Origin: Candidatus Latescibacterota bacterium | GTDB taxonomy: Bacteria; Latescibacterota; UBA2968; UBA8231 | NCBI GenBank assembly: GCA_965200315.1 | Contig: OZ241362.1 | Location: forward strand, 96,001-160,000 | DNA length: 64,000 nucleotides | Direction: 5' to 3' | Shown here: one piece after another, positions 20,053-29,652 of the stretch | How positions within the stretch are numbered: position 1 is the stretch's first letter | How the letters are laid out: every line of letters begins with the position of its first letter | Position numbers and translations under genes: made by a program | The notes under the pieces: generated by a model | Told to the model about the DNA's origin: nothing | The model's input: the letters and a program-made list of their open reading frames with translations, nothing else | Databases searched by the model: none

Positions 20053-21207
20053 ATGGAAGACAACATACTACAGGCCGTTGATGAGCAACGCCTAGTTGAT
20101 ACAGCCAAAGAGCTGATTGCGGTGCCCAGCCCGACGCTGGACGCTGGCGCGGTGGCTGATGCGTTAGCGTCCATACTGGCGGCCGAGGGATTTGCCGTGG
20201 AGCGGCCCCAAGCCGCTTGGCCGCAAGCACCGGCCGTGGTCACTCGCTTCGACAGTGGCCAGCCTGGGCGGGTGTTGCAATTCGATGGGCACTTGGACAC
20301 GGTGCATCTACCCTTTGTGCCGCCCAAGGTGGCCGATGGTCAGCTCTATGGGTCGGGGGCGTCCGACATGAAGGGCGGGATCGCCGCTTTCGTCGAGGCG
20401 CTCCGGGCGTTACGGGATGCGGGCGCACTGACCAAGGGGGCGGTCTTGCTTACGGCCCACGATCACCATGAAGCACCTTGGGGAGACCGCCGCCAGCTCT
20501 TGGCCTTGATCCGCGAAGGCTTTGTCGGCGACGGGGTATTGCTGCCGGAGTATCTGGGCGATGCGTTGCCGGTCGCCGGGCGCGGGATGGCCGTGTTTAG
20601 CGTAGAGATCGAGCGCGACGGCGCGCCAGTACACGAGGTACTGCGCCCCGACGGGCTGCCAGACGTGATTGCCGCGGGGGCCGAGGTGGTGTTGCGGCTA
20701 AACGCGCTAAACGAACATCTGCGCGAACAGACCGCACCCTACGTCGGCAGCGACACGCTGTTTATCGGCCGGCTCGAAGGTGGCCAGATCTACAATCAGG
20801 TGCCGGTCCAGTGCCGTGTCGAAGGGACGCGCCGCTGGGTAGCGGCTGGCTCGGGGCCAACCGCGCGCCGCGAAATGGAAGACCTGCTCGCCGAGGTGGC
20901 CGAGGCCAGGGGCACCCGCATCCGGCTCGCCGACTGGAACATGCCCGGCGACGCCTTTGCGATAGATCAAAACAGCCCGCTGGTGGGTGCGTTTCAAGCC
21001 GCGCACGAGCAGGTAACAGGAGCACCGCTGCCTTTGGGAGGCAAGCCCTTCATCGACGACGGCAATGTCTTTATGGCGGCCGGGATTGAGGCTCTAACGC
21101 ACGGTCCCTGTGCTACGGGGGCGCACACAACCGACGAGCAGGTGGCGGTGGCCGAGTTGGTGCGGGTGGCGAAGGTGTATGCGTTGACGGCGCAGGCGTT
21201 TTGCTAA
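20053..21207 (+). CDS. M20 family metallo-hydrolase (ArgE/DapE-like)
   Basis: FDGHLDTV, LYGSGASDMKGG, HDHHE in place of the usual DEE, and GAHTTDE. Confidence 0.9.
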   Translation: MEDNILQAVDEQRLVDTAKELIAVPSPTLDAGAVADALASILAAEGFAVERPQAAWPQAPAVVTRFDSGQPGRVLQFDGHLDTVHLPFVPPKVADGQLYGSGASDMKGGIAAFVEALRALRDAGALTKGAVLLTAHDHHEAPWGDRRQLLALIREGFVGDGVLLPEYLGDALPVAGRGMAVFSVEIERDGAPVHEVLRPDGLPDVIAAGAEVVLRLNALNEHLREQTAPYVGSDTLFIGRLEGGQIYNQVPVQCRVEGTRRWVAAGSGPTARREMEDLLAEVAEARGTRIRLADWNMPGDAFAIDQNSPLVGAFQAAHEQVTGAPLPLGGKPFIDDGNVFMAAGIEALTHGPCATGAHTTDEQVAVAELVRVAKVYALTAQAFC

Positions 21208-22487
21208 CCGGCCTCAAGGGCGCGCGCCGCGGCCGTACCGCGCTCCTCATCGACGAAAAAGAGGCAGGCTCCGCCGGCGACGAAGAGGACGACGATCGAC
21301 AAAATCCCCACCCGCGGGCTGCCGCTCAGCACCCCAATCCAGCCCACGAGCACCGGCCCGATGACTGCGGCGAACTTGCCCAGCATGTTGTAAAAGCCGA
21401 AAAACTCCGCGGCCCGGTCGCGGGGAATGAGCCGGGAGTAGAGCGAGCGGCTCAGAGCTTGTACGCCGCCTTGGACTAAGCCGACGGCGACGGCCAAGGC
21501 GTAAAACTCCCAGACAGCATCTAAAAAGTAGCCCCACACTGTTGCCGCCACATAGACGGCAAGCCCGATGAAAATTCCCCGGCGGGTGCCGATCCGCTCG
21601 CCGAGCCAACCAAAGGCAAGCGCCGCGGGGAAGCCCACAAACTGGGTAATGCCCAAAGCGAGGAGCAGGTCGTCGGTAGCAAGGCCCAACGACAGGCCGT
21701 AGTCGATGGCCATGCGGACGATGGTATCGACGCCGTCGATGTACAGCCAATAGCCGATGAGGAAGATAAAGGTGGTGCGTAGCTGCCGAATGTCGCGGCC
21801 GGTCGCGATGAGCTGCCGATAGCCGGCCGAGACCGCACTCCAGCCGCGGCGGACGCGCATGGGCGGCGATTCCTCGACCCACAAAAACAGCGGCAGCGAA
21901 AAGCCGGCCCACCATACGGCGACCAGCAAAAAGCACACGCGCACCGCCTCGCTGGCATCGGCCAATCCGAAGGTCGTGGGGTGGAGGACCACCACCACAT
22001 TGAGCGCAAAGAGCAAGCCGCCGCCCAGATAGCCGAGGCTGTAGCCGAGTGCCGAGATCGAGTCCGACTTGTCGCGCTCAGCCACTTCCACGAGGAGCGC
22101 ATCGTAAAAGGTGTTGCCCCCGGAGAAGCCGATGGCGGCCAAGACGTAGACCCCCACCGCCAACTCCCACGCGCCTTGGGCGACCCAGTACAGGCACCCG
22201 GTGGCGAGGACGCCCAAGAAGGCGAAGGCAAACAGGAACTTGCGCCGGGTGCCGCCTTGGTCGGCAATAGCCCCCAAGAAGGGCGCTAGCAGTACGACGA
22301 TCAGGCTGCTGAGCGAGTTGGCCAGCCCCAGTTGGAAGGTGCTCTCGGTGACATCGCTGCCGGCGCTCCAGTAGGACTTAAAAAATACCGGGAAGAAGGC
22401 GGCAATGACTGTGGTGGCAAAGGCCGAGTTGGCCCAGTCATACAAGGCCCAGGCGAGGATTGGTTTCTTGGCGTTGGTCGCCGGCAT
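21204..22487 (-). CDS. MFS transporter (UMF1/Atg22-like)
   Basis: WALYDWANSAF, FYDALL, GYSLGYLGG and QALSRSLY...EFFGFY..GK; about 12 TM segments. Confidence 0.92.
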   Translation of the reverse strand: MPATNAKKPILAWALYDWANSAFATTVIAAFFPVFFKSYWSAGSDVTESTFQLGLANSLSSLIVVLLAPFLGAIADQGGTRRKFLFAFAFLGVLATGCLYWVAQGAWELAVGVYVLAAIGFSGGNTFYDALLVEVAERDKSDSISALGYSLGYLGGGLLFALNVVVVLHPTTFGLADASEAVRVCFLLVAVWWAGFSLPLFLWVEESPPMRVRRGWSAVSAGYRQLIATGRDIRQLRTTFIFLIGYWLYIDGVDTIVRMAIDYGLSLGLATDDLLLALGITQFVGFPAALAFGWLGERIGTRRGIFIGLAVYVAATVWGYFLDAVWEFYALAVAVGLVQGGVQALSRSLYSRLIPRDRAAEFFGFYNMLGKFAAVIGPVLVGWIGVLSGSPRVGILSIVVLFVAGGACLFFVDEERGTAAARALEAG

Positions 22488-22649
22488 AATACACACTCCC
22501 ATTCCGCGTGGGGTGCAGTGGGTGTTGGCTAGTTAGTCTCTGAGTGCGTCGATACGCTAAGCGACATATCGCGTATAGGCAAGAGAGCTAGTTGCCGCTA
22601 GGGGCCCTTATGGATAGTGTAGGGAGACCGCTACAAAGGACTATTGCTT

Positions 22650-23693
22650 ATGAACGACGAATGGCTGCGTTTTGACGCAGCGACCAATCCGTATGGACCG
22701 TCGCCCAAGGTGCGGGAGGCGATAGCCGCCTTTGCTCGCACCGGCGACTTTAGTCGCTATAGCGATGAGGAGCGCGCCGAGTCGTTGCGCGCGGACTTGG
22801 CGGCGCATTGGGGGCTTTCGGCCGATCACTTCATAGTGTACAACGGGTCTGGAGAAGCGGTAGTCTGGCTTTTTTTGGCGCATTTGCTGCTAAAGCAACA
22901 GTGCTTGCTCGTTCCGTCTCCGTCGTACGAACGCTTTGTGGCGTTGGGGCAGCGGTGCGCGACCGAAGTGATTGCGGTGCCGCTGCACGAGGAAGACTTT
23001 GCGCTGGTGCCCGAGCGCTTTATCGAGGCCAGTAGGCAGTCGGGGGCGCGGGTGTTGCTGCTGAGCAACCCCAACAACCCCACGGGCAATCTCCTGTGCG
23101 ACGAGCCGGCAATGGCGCATTTGCTCGACGGGTTGCCCAACGGTCTGTGCATTGTCGATGAAGCGTATGCCGACTATGCCGGCCACAGCTTTGTCCCTTG
23201 GGTGCAAGAGCGAGAAAACTTGGTGGTGCTGCGGACCTTTTCCAAAGCCTACGGCATGGCTGGTTTGCGGATCGGCTACGCCATTGGGCCACCCCCCGTT
23301 ATCGCCGCCTTGGGTCAGATGCAGGTTCCTTGGGCGGTCAATGCGCTGTCGCTGGCAGCGGCGCAGACGGCGCTGGCCGACCAAGGCTATTTGCACAAAG
23401 TCGTCGCCCAGATCCGCAGCGATTGCCAAGTGCTCTACGAGGGGCTGAACGAGCGGCCGTGGTTGCGGGCCTATCCGAGCGCGGCGAACTTCTTTTGGGT
23501 GCGCTGCGAGGGGATCGGCCCCAAGCGGCTGTGGGCGGGCTTGGAAAAGCGGCGGATTCGCGCCCGCTGGCGGCAAGACGCGCCCGGCTTTGTGCGGCTT
23601 ACCGCGCTGCGCCCGCAAGACAACGAGCATTTGTTGGCCGCGCTCGATGCGATCGGGCAAGGAGATTGCTATGGAATACCGCAATTTGGGTAA
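22650..23693 (+). CDS. Histidinol-phosphate aminotransferase-like PLP enzyme (class I/II)
   Basis: NPYGPSP, NPNNPTG, VDEAY, RTFSKAYGMAGLRIGY and PSAANF. Confidence 0.88.
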   Translation: MNDEWLRFDAATNPYGPSPKVREAIAAFARTGDFSRYSDEERAESLRADLAAHWGLSADHFIVYNGSGEAVVWLFLAHLLLKQQCLLVPSPSYERFVALGQRCATEVIAVPLHEEDFALVPERFIEASRQSGARVLLLSNPNNPTGNLLCDEPAMAHLLDGLPNGLCIVDEAYADYAGHSFVPWVQERENLVVLRTFSKAYGMAGLRIGYAIGPPPVIAALGQMQVPWAVNALSLAAAQTALADQGYLHKVVAQIRSDCQVLYEGLNERPWLRAYPSAANFFWVRCEGIGPKRLWAGLEKRRIRARWRQDAPGFVRLTALRPQDNEHLLAALDAIGQGDCYGIPQFG

Positions 23694-24651
23694 GGCTGGC
23701 GTCAAGGTGTCCAAGGTGTGCTTGGGGACGGCGTTTCGCGGCCAAGAGGACGAGAGTACCTGCATTGAGGTGGTGCAGCGGGCGATGGACTTAGGCTGCA
23801 ATTTCATCGATACGGCCCTGTATGGTGGGGGACGCTCCGAACAAGTGGTGGGCAAGGCCATCAAGGGGCGGCGCGAGGAAGTGGTGCTGACGACCAAAAT
23901 TTTTGGCACCTTGGGCCATAGCCCCAACCACGTGGGGCTGTCGCGGGTCAATCTGCTGCGGGGCATTGAGGCCTCGCTACAGAGGCTACAGACCGATTAC
24001 GTCGATCTGTATTTGCTGCACTCCCTTGATCCGGTCACACCGCTGGAGGAGACTTTAGGGGCCCTCGACGACATGGTGCGGCAGGGCAAGGTGCGCTACG
24101 TGGGGTGCTCTAATTTTCCGCCGTGGAAGATCGTCGAAGCCCTGTGGATTGCGCAGCGCGAGAGGCTGGCTTCTTTTGCCTGTATCCAGAATCAGTACAA
24201 CCTGCTCAACCGCTGGGAAATGGAGCCCGAGCTGATGCCCCTCTGCCGTCAATTCGGCTTGGGCATTATGACCTACAGCCCGCTGGCCATCGGCCTGCTC
24301 TCCGGCCGCTTCCGCCGCGGGCAAGCACCGCCGCCGGGTACGCCGTGGAGCGCGAGCGAGCTGCGCGGCATGAGTCCGGGCAAATACAATTTTGCCGAGG
24401 CCATGACCGAGCGGGTCGATACCATCGTCCAGACGCTGAGCGATATTGGGGCGCAGCACGGCAAGACCCCGGCGCAGGTGGCGATTGCTTGGATCTTAGA
24501 TCACGACGAGATCAGTGCCCCCATTTTGGGGGCCGACGAGCCGGCGCACGTCGAAGAGATCTTCGCGGGCTTGGATTGGGCCTTGGCACCGGCAGAGCGG
24601 GCTTTGCTGGACGAGGTCTCGGCCGTGCAGGGGCCACAGAAATACGCCTGA
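23671..24651 (+). CDS. Aldo/keto reductase
   Basis: MEYRNLGKAGVKVS, FIDTALYG, SLQRLQTDYVDLYLLH, GKVRYVGCSN and YSPLA.GLL. Confidence 0.95.
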   Translation: MEYRNLGKAGVKVSKVCLGTAFRGQEDESTCIEVVQRAMDLGCNFIDTALYGGGRSEQVVGKAIKGRREEVVLTTKIFGTLGHSPNHVGLSRVNLLRGIEASLQRLQTDYVDLYLLHSLDPVTPLEETLGALDDMVRQGKVRYVGCSNFPPWKIVEALWIAQRERLASFACIQNQYNLLNRWEMEPELMPLCRQFGLGIMTYSPLAIGLLSGRFRRGQAPPPGTPWSASELRGMSPGKYNFAEAMTERVDTIVQTLSDIGAQHGKTPAQVAIAWILDHDEISAPILGADEPAHVEEIFAGLDWALAPAERALLDEVSAVQGPQKYA

Positions 24652-24662
24652 AGGAGGTGTGC

Positions 24663-26210
24663 ATGGGCAAACATTTACTCCCCATTGGAATTCAGACGTT
24701 CCGCAAGATGCGGGAAGGGGACTGCTACTACGTGGATAAGACGGCTTATATCGGTCGCCTGCTCGACGAGGGTACGCACTATTTTCTGTCGCGCCCCCGG
24801 CGCTTTGGCAAGAGCCTGTTCTTGGACACGCTCAAGGAAGTATTCGAGGGCAACGAGCCGCTGTTTGCCGGGCTTGCCATCCACGACCGCTGGGATTGGT
24901 CGGTGCGCCATCCGGTGCTGCGGCTCGACTTCAGCAGCGGCAACTACCAAGGGCCGGACGATTTGCGGAAGGAAGTGGCGGCGCAACTAAACACCTTGGA
25001 GGACGAAGCGGAAGTCGTTCCGCGCGCCGATGAAGCACCCGCCCGCTTCCGCCACTTGATGAGGGTACTGCACGAGCGCGGCGGTCAGCGCGTTGCAGTG
25101 CTGATCGACGAATACGACAAGCCGATTCTCGACGCGCTGGAAGTGCCTGAGGTTGCCCGCGCCAACCGCGACTTTCTGCGCGGCTTGTATTCGACCGTGA
25201 AATTTGCCGACGCCCACATCCACTTCACGTTCATCACCGGTGTGAGCAAATTCTCCAAGGTCAGCCTGTTTTCCGGCCTCAACAACCTCAAGGACATTAC
25301 CCTAGACGCTCGCTACTCGGCTATCTGCGGCTACACCGAGGCCGACTTGGATACCGTGTTCGCGCCGGAACTGCCCGGCTTGGACCGGGATCAGATCCGC
25401 GACTGGTACAACGGCTACCGTTGGCGGGGCGACGAGAGAGTGTACAACCCCTTCGACATCCTGCTACTGTTCGACAGCCGCGAGTTCAAAGCCTATTGGT
25501 TTGAGACCGGGACGCCGACGTTCTTGGTCGAAACGCTGTGCAAACGCCGCGTCAGTTCCCTTGAACTCGGTGAAATGATCGGCAGCGACGCCCTGCTATC
25601 GACCTTTGATGTGGACGACATCGCGACCGAGGCTTTGCTGTTCCAGACCGGCTACCTGACGATCACAGACGCCGAGGATCTGGGCGGCAAGGTGGTCTAT
25701 CGCTTGGGCTATCCCAACCGCGAGGTGCGCCAGAGCCTCAACGAGAGCCTGCTGCGTTACTTGGTGAAAGACTCGACGCGGCAGATGGCCAACAGCGTGC
25801 AACTCTACCGGCTGCTGGAGGCCAACGCCTTCGCTGCGTTGGAGACGCTGTTCCACGCCTTCTTTGCCAGCATTCCCTACGAGTGGTACACCAACAACGA
25901 CATCGCCGGTTACGAGGGCTACTATGCGAGCGTGTTTTACTCCTATTTCGCGGGGCTAGGGCTGGACATCACAGTGGAGGATAGCAGCAGTCACGGCCGC
26001 TTGGACATGGCGGTTTTGTTCAACGGCCACGTCTATCTGTTCGAGTTCAAGGTGGTCGAGCTGGCGTCGGCGGGTGCGGCGCTAGGGCAGTTGAAGGCGC
26101 GTCGGTATGCGGATAAGTATCGCGCCTTGGGGCAGCCTATTCACCTAATCGCCGTGGAGTTTAGCAAGAATGAGCGCAACATCGCGGCGTTTGACGTGGA
26201 ACGCGCCTGA
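24663..26210 (+). CDS. AAA-ATPase-like protein with C-terminal PD-(D/E)XK nuclease domain
   Basis: LPIGIQTF, YYVDKT, Walker A RPRRFGKS, Walker B LIDEYDKP, and nuclease motif GRLDM...LFEFK...Q...RY. AGGAGG RBS before ATG 24663. Confidence 0.92.
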   Translation: MGKHLLPIGIQTFRKMREGDCYYVDKTAYIGRLLDEGTHYFLSRPRRFGKSLFLDTLKEVFEGNEPLFAGLAIHDRWDWSVRHPVLRLDFSSGNYQGPDDLRKEVAAQLNTLEDEAEVVPRADEAPARFRHLMRVLHERGGQRVAVLIDEYDKPILDALEVPEVARANRDFLRGLYSTVKFADAHIHFTFITGVSKFSKVSLFSGLNNLKDITLDARYSAICGYTEADLDTVFAPELPGLDRDQIRDWYNGYRWRGDERVYNPFDILLLFDSREFKAYWFETGTPTFLVETLCKRRVSSLELGEMIGSDALLSTFDVDDIATEALLFQTGYLTITDAEDLGGKVVYRLGYPNREVRQSLNESLLRYLVKDSTRQMANSVQLYRLLEANAFAALETLFHAFFASIPYEWYTNNDIAGYEGYYASVFYSYFAGLGLDITVEDSSSHGRLDMAVLFNGHVYLFEFKVVELASAGAALGQLKARRYADKYRALGQPIHLIAVEFSKNERNIAAFDVERA

Positions 26211-26223
26211 TAAACGAGGATAG

Positions 26224-27165
26224 ATGCTGGACGAACTGTGCAAAATCCGCTATGCCCGCTTCCGCTTGGAGATGACGGCGGTCGGGCGCTTGCGGTTGCC
26301 CCCATACAAGGGTTCGACCTTTCGGGGGGCCTTTGGCCATACCTTCAAGCGGCTGGTTTGCGTCAAGCGGGATCTGGACTGCGCGACCTGCCTGATCTGC
26401 GACCAGTGCGTGTATTACTACGTTTTTGAGACTCCGTTCAGTGGCGCGGGCGACCGCCGGGGATATGCTTTGGCACCGCATCCTTTTGTGATTGAACCGC
26501 CCGAGGAGACGCGGGAAATCTACGAGCCGGGGGCCGAGCTGCGGGTCGGCCTAGTCTTGGTGGGACGCGCCTTAGACTACCTGCCGTACTTTATCTACGC
26601 CTTTGAGGAAGTGGGACGCCGAGGGTTGGGAGCCGGGCGCGGCCAAGCTGCTTTGCAGCGGGTGGTGGCCCTTGGGCGTGAGCCTAGCGACGATAGGTGC
26701 ATCTATCAGGCGGGGGCAGGACAACTCGCGTCGGACTATCCGGTCGGCGTGGGTGCGCCCGACGTGGCGGTTGGAACGCGGCTGCGGCTGCGCTTGTGTA
26801 CGCCGGTCCGTCTCAAGGCCGAGGGGCACTATATTCGTCGGCTCGACTTTCCCCTGCTGGTGCGGGCCTTGTTGCGGCGCGTTTCGGATTTGGCCCGCTT
26901 CCACTGCGGGGCCGAATTGGACTTGGACTACCGGCAGTGGATTGAGTGCGCCGCCGAGGTGCAACAGGTGGCGGCTGGGGTGCGCTGGCACGACTGGGAG
27001 CGGTATTCACAGCGGCAGGAACAGAAAATGAAATTGGGCGGGCTGGTCGGCGATGTGGAGTTTGCTGGCAAGTGGGGTCCGTTTTTGCCGCTGTTGCGGC
27101 TGGGCGCACATTTGCACGTGGGCAAGGGCACGAGTTTTGGGTTGGGACGCTACGAAATTTTGTGA
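26224..27165 (+). CDS. cas6: CRISPR pre-crRNA processing endoribonuclease Cas6
   Basis: GSTFRGAFG, Cys cluster CVKRDLDCATCLICDQCVY, PHPFVIEPP, WHDWERYS..Q..M.LGG, and G-rich loop HVGKGTSFGLGRY. Confidence 0.95.
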   Translation: MLDELCKIRYARFRLEMTAVGRLRLPPYKGSTFRGAFGHTFKRLVCVKRDLDCATCLICDQCVYYYVFETPFSGAGDRRGYALAPHPFVIEPPEETREIYEPGAELRVGLVLVGRALDYLPYFIYAFEEVGRRGLGAGRGQAALQRVVALGREPSDDRCIYQAGAGQLASDYPVGVGAPDVAVGTRLRLRLCTPVRLKAEGHYIRRLDFPLLVRALLRRVSDLARFHCGAELDLDYRQWIECAAEVQQVAAGVRWHDWERYSQRQEQKMKLGGLVGDVEFAGKWGPFLPLLRLGAHLHVGKGTSFGLGRYEIL

Positions 27166-27177
27166 AGGAGATGGTCT

Positions 27178-27714
27178 GTGGTATCCAAAGAAGCGTTAGT
27201 CATCGGTGCCTTGCTATACGATATAGGCAAGTTTGAATTCAGAACCGAGAATCGGCGGGAGCACCACACCACATACGGGGACTTTTTTGTCGATGAGTAT
27301 TTGCGTCGGTTCCGCTGTATGCAGCCGATTTTGGCAGATATCCGGCGGCTGGTCGCACACCACCACGAAAGGGAGTTGGGCGACCCCTTTCTGCGGCAAG
27401 CCGATCATCTGGCAGCAGCCGACCGGCAGGTGGATGGTAACCCCGAAACTTTGCGGGCACTGGTGAGTATTCTGGCCGCCGTGCAGATTGGCAAAGGCGA
27501 TCCGCCCCAGGAAAAGGACGTGCATCGGTACGTGCCGGGGCCGGTGGATTTTGCCGATCCTTTTCCCGAATGCGTACCGGGCGTCGCGGTTGCCGCATGG
27601 CAGCCCAACCGGGAACAGGTGCGGGACGAGCACACCCACGCTTGGGAGCAGTTTTGTGCTATGAAGGTCAGGAAGGTGGACGCCCAAGGCAAGATAACGC
27701 AGGTGGCTCCTTGA
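27178..27714 (+). pseudogene. cas10: Truncated Cas10/Csm1 (HD-domain N-terminus only, HD changed to YD)
   Basis: IGALLYDIGKF...H...G, VAHHH, ADHLAAADR, LVSIL and FP...W..F match the Csm1 N-terminus. The protein ends at 178 aa with no Palm/GGDD domains. Confidence 0.8.
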
Positions 27715-27783
27715 GCGGCTATCATCACCATTGAACGCACCAAGCGCAGGGGTAAATTTTTCCACCTCAACGTAAGGAGATAC

Positions 27784-29529
27784 ATGATGGGGCAGGAGCA
27801 TATTCTATTGACCAGTCTGGGAATGCGATCCCAGGAAACGACGTACCAGTGGGGTGAGGATGAAGCTGCCGCGCCGCTGACGCCCTTGGCATTGGTGAAA
27901 CTTCTCGACCCGTCGCAGCGGCCTAATCGCGTTGTCGCAGTGGTCACGAAAGAGGCCAAGGCTGCAACGTGGGAGACCTTTGAGGCGGGAATTAAGAAGA
28001 CCCTCGGCTTTGAACCCGAAAAGATTTTGATTCCCAACGGCAGCAACAGCGACGAAATCGGTCAAATTCTCGAAAAAGTGGCCCAGCGCATTCCCGAGAA
28101 TGCGAAACTCACGCTCGACGTTACGCAGGGCCTGCGGCATTTTCCATTCATCTTTTACGCCTTGGTGCTCTACCTCAAATCGTTGCGCGGCGTCCAAGTT
28201 CGCGGTGCCTACTACGGCATGCTAGAAGGACCAGGGGTTCCCAAACCCATCATTGACCTGCAGCCCTTGCTTGAATTGCCGGAGTGGTTCCACGCGGTGC
28301 GGATGTTCCGCGATCAAGGGACGACATTGCCCATAGCACAACTGATTCAGCCGTTGGCAGATAGGCTAGCTGGGGAAGCTGGGGAATTGTTCAAGGCCGG
28401 TAACAAGTGCGAGGGGCAACAACGCAGTGCTCAAGCTAAGCAAGTCAAACATGTCATTGGTTGGCTCGAAAAGCGTTCGTTTGCTTATGAGTCTGCTTTG
28501 CCGCTGGAATTGGGAAAGGCCAGTCAGCAGCTCATCGAGCCGATTGGCAAACTGGCCTGCATGGGCATCGCCGGCCTCCCGCCCCTTGCTGCAAGACTGA
28601 CGGATTCCATCGCCAGCGTGGCTAAAAAAGCGGCCTTTGCAGGTGCTGTAAAAGGGGGAGGGGTGTGGAAAACCGGCGTCTGTCTGAATGAAAATGAAGA
28701 GGAATTAGCGCGTCAGGCCCAGATGATTGATTTGTACCTAGAGCGCGACCAACTCCCGCTGGCGGCTGGTTTAATGCGCGAATGGGTGGTCTCTTGGGCC
28801 ATTTGGAAATCGGGGGAGACCAAGTGGTTGGACCCCGCAGTGCGCCAGCAGTATGGGCGCCGCCTCGGTGCTCTTGGTGCCTTTGCCAGAAATTCTGCGA
28901 AATCCAGCATCACGCCGAAACAGAAGGCATTCGGCACCTTCTGGAATCAGTTGACGAATGAGCTACGCAATACTCTGCACCACCATGCCATGCGTGAAGA
29001 AGCACTTGAAAAGCCACCCAAATCCCTTGAGGCGGTGCAGAGCTTTTGGGACCAACTGAAAGCAAACGAGATTGACCTACCAACGTTAGGTGGCGGCGGC
29101 GGTACGCTGCTGCTTTCGTCTCAAGGAACGCGACTAGGCGTGTTGTTCTCGGCGTTAAAGGTCGCTCAACCTGATAGCTGTCTGGTGATCTGTTCGGCCG
29201 AAACCGCAAGCAGTATTTGCGAAGCCGCCCGACATGCAGGCTTTACAAAGCCCATTGATCGGATCGAACTGGCCGACCCGCACGGTGGTTTTGATGAGAT
29301 CAAGGCGGCAGCGAAAAAGGCCCACGATACTCTGCTGAATGCCGACAAGGTCGTCGCCAACGTGACCGGCGGCACGACCCTGATGGGATTGGTTGTGCAA
29401 CGGCTGGCTGAAGAGGCCAAAAAACTGGATCGCCCGGTACGACGCTTTGCCCTCATAGACCGTCGGCTTCCGACCGAGCAGGACAGCGATCCATTTGTAC
29501 AAGGCGATTGCCACTGGATTGACAACTAG
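27784..29529 (+). CDS. csx1: Csx1-type CARF-HEPN ribonuclease fused to a C-terminal second CARF (ring-nuclease-like) domain
   Basis: N-terminal CARF (LLTSLG, LDVTQGLRHFP, AYYGML, IIDLQPLLEL.EW) and HEPN RxxxxH (RNTLHH). A GGGGG linker precedes LLLSSQGT.LGVL...ANVTGGTTLMG. Confidence 0.85.
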   Translation: MMGQEHILLTSLGMRSQETTYQWGEDEAAAPLTPLALVKLLDPSQRPNRVVAVVTKEAKAATWETFEAGIKKTLGFEPEKILIPNGSNSDEIGQILEKVAQRIPENAKLTLDVTQGLRHFPFIFYALVLYLKSLRGVQVRGAYYGMLEGPGVPKPIIDLQPLLELPEWFHAVRMFRDQGTTLPIAQLIQPLADRLAGEAGELFKAGNKCEGQQRSAQAKQVKHVIGWLEKRSFAYESALPLELGKASQQLIEPIGKLACMGIAGLPPLAARLTDSIASVAKKAAFAGAVKGGGVWKTGVCLNENEEELARQAQMIDLYLERDQLPLAAGLMREWVVSWAIWKSGETKWLDPAVRQQYGRRLGALGAFARNSAKSSITPKQKAFGTFWNQLTNELRNTLHHHAMREEALEKPPKSLEAVQSFWDQLKANEIDLPTLGGGGGTLLLSSQGTRLGVLFSALKVAQPDSCLVICSAETASSICEAARHAGFTKPIDRIELADPHGGFDEIKAAAKKAHDTLLNADKVVANVTGGTTLMGLVVQRLAEEAKKLDRPVRRFALIDRRLPTEQDSDPFVQGDCHWIDN

Positions 29530-29652
29530 CAGTGTAGTTGATGTTGTGCTGGGGCAGAAGGAGCTTCCCGGCCGGTCTGATGCAGCGGCTGGGCCGTTGA
29601 GGCTTTTTGCTCTGGCGCATTGAGAGGGCACTTGGGACACAGAGGAGCGCAC

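Noticed and set aside
22618-22635. REP-like TGTAGGGAGAC, also present near 60638
   Set aside because: Only two short copies, without a shared palindrome or a nearby transposase.
24123-24662. 180-aa N-terminal extension of the AAA-ATPase ORF
   Set aside because: It overlaps the aldo/keto reductase in another frame. The true start is ATG 24663 with an AGGAGG RBS.
29530-29652. Possible degenerate repeat or tracr-like RNA between csx1 and CAPP (GGACACAGA matches the leader-repeat junction)
   Set aside because: The match is only 9 nt and overlaps the RBS region. There is no extended similarity or anti-repeat.
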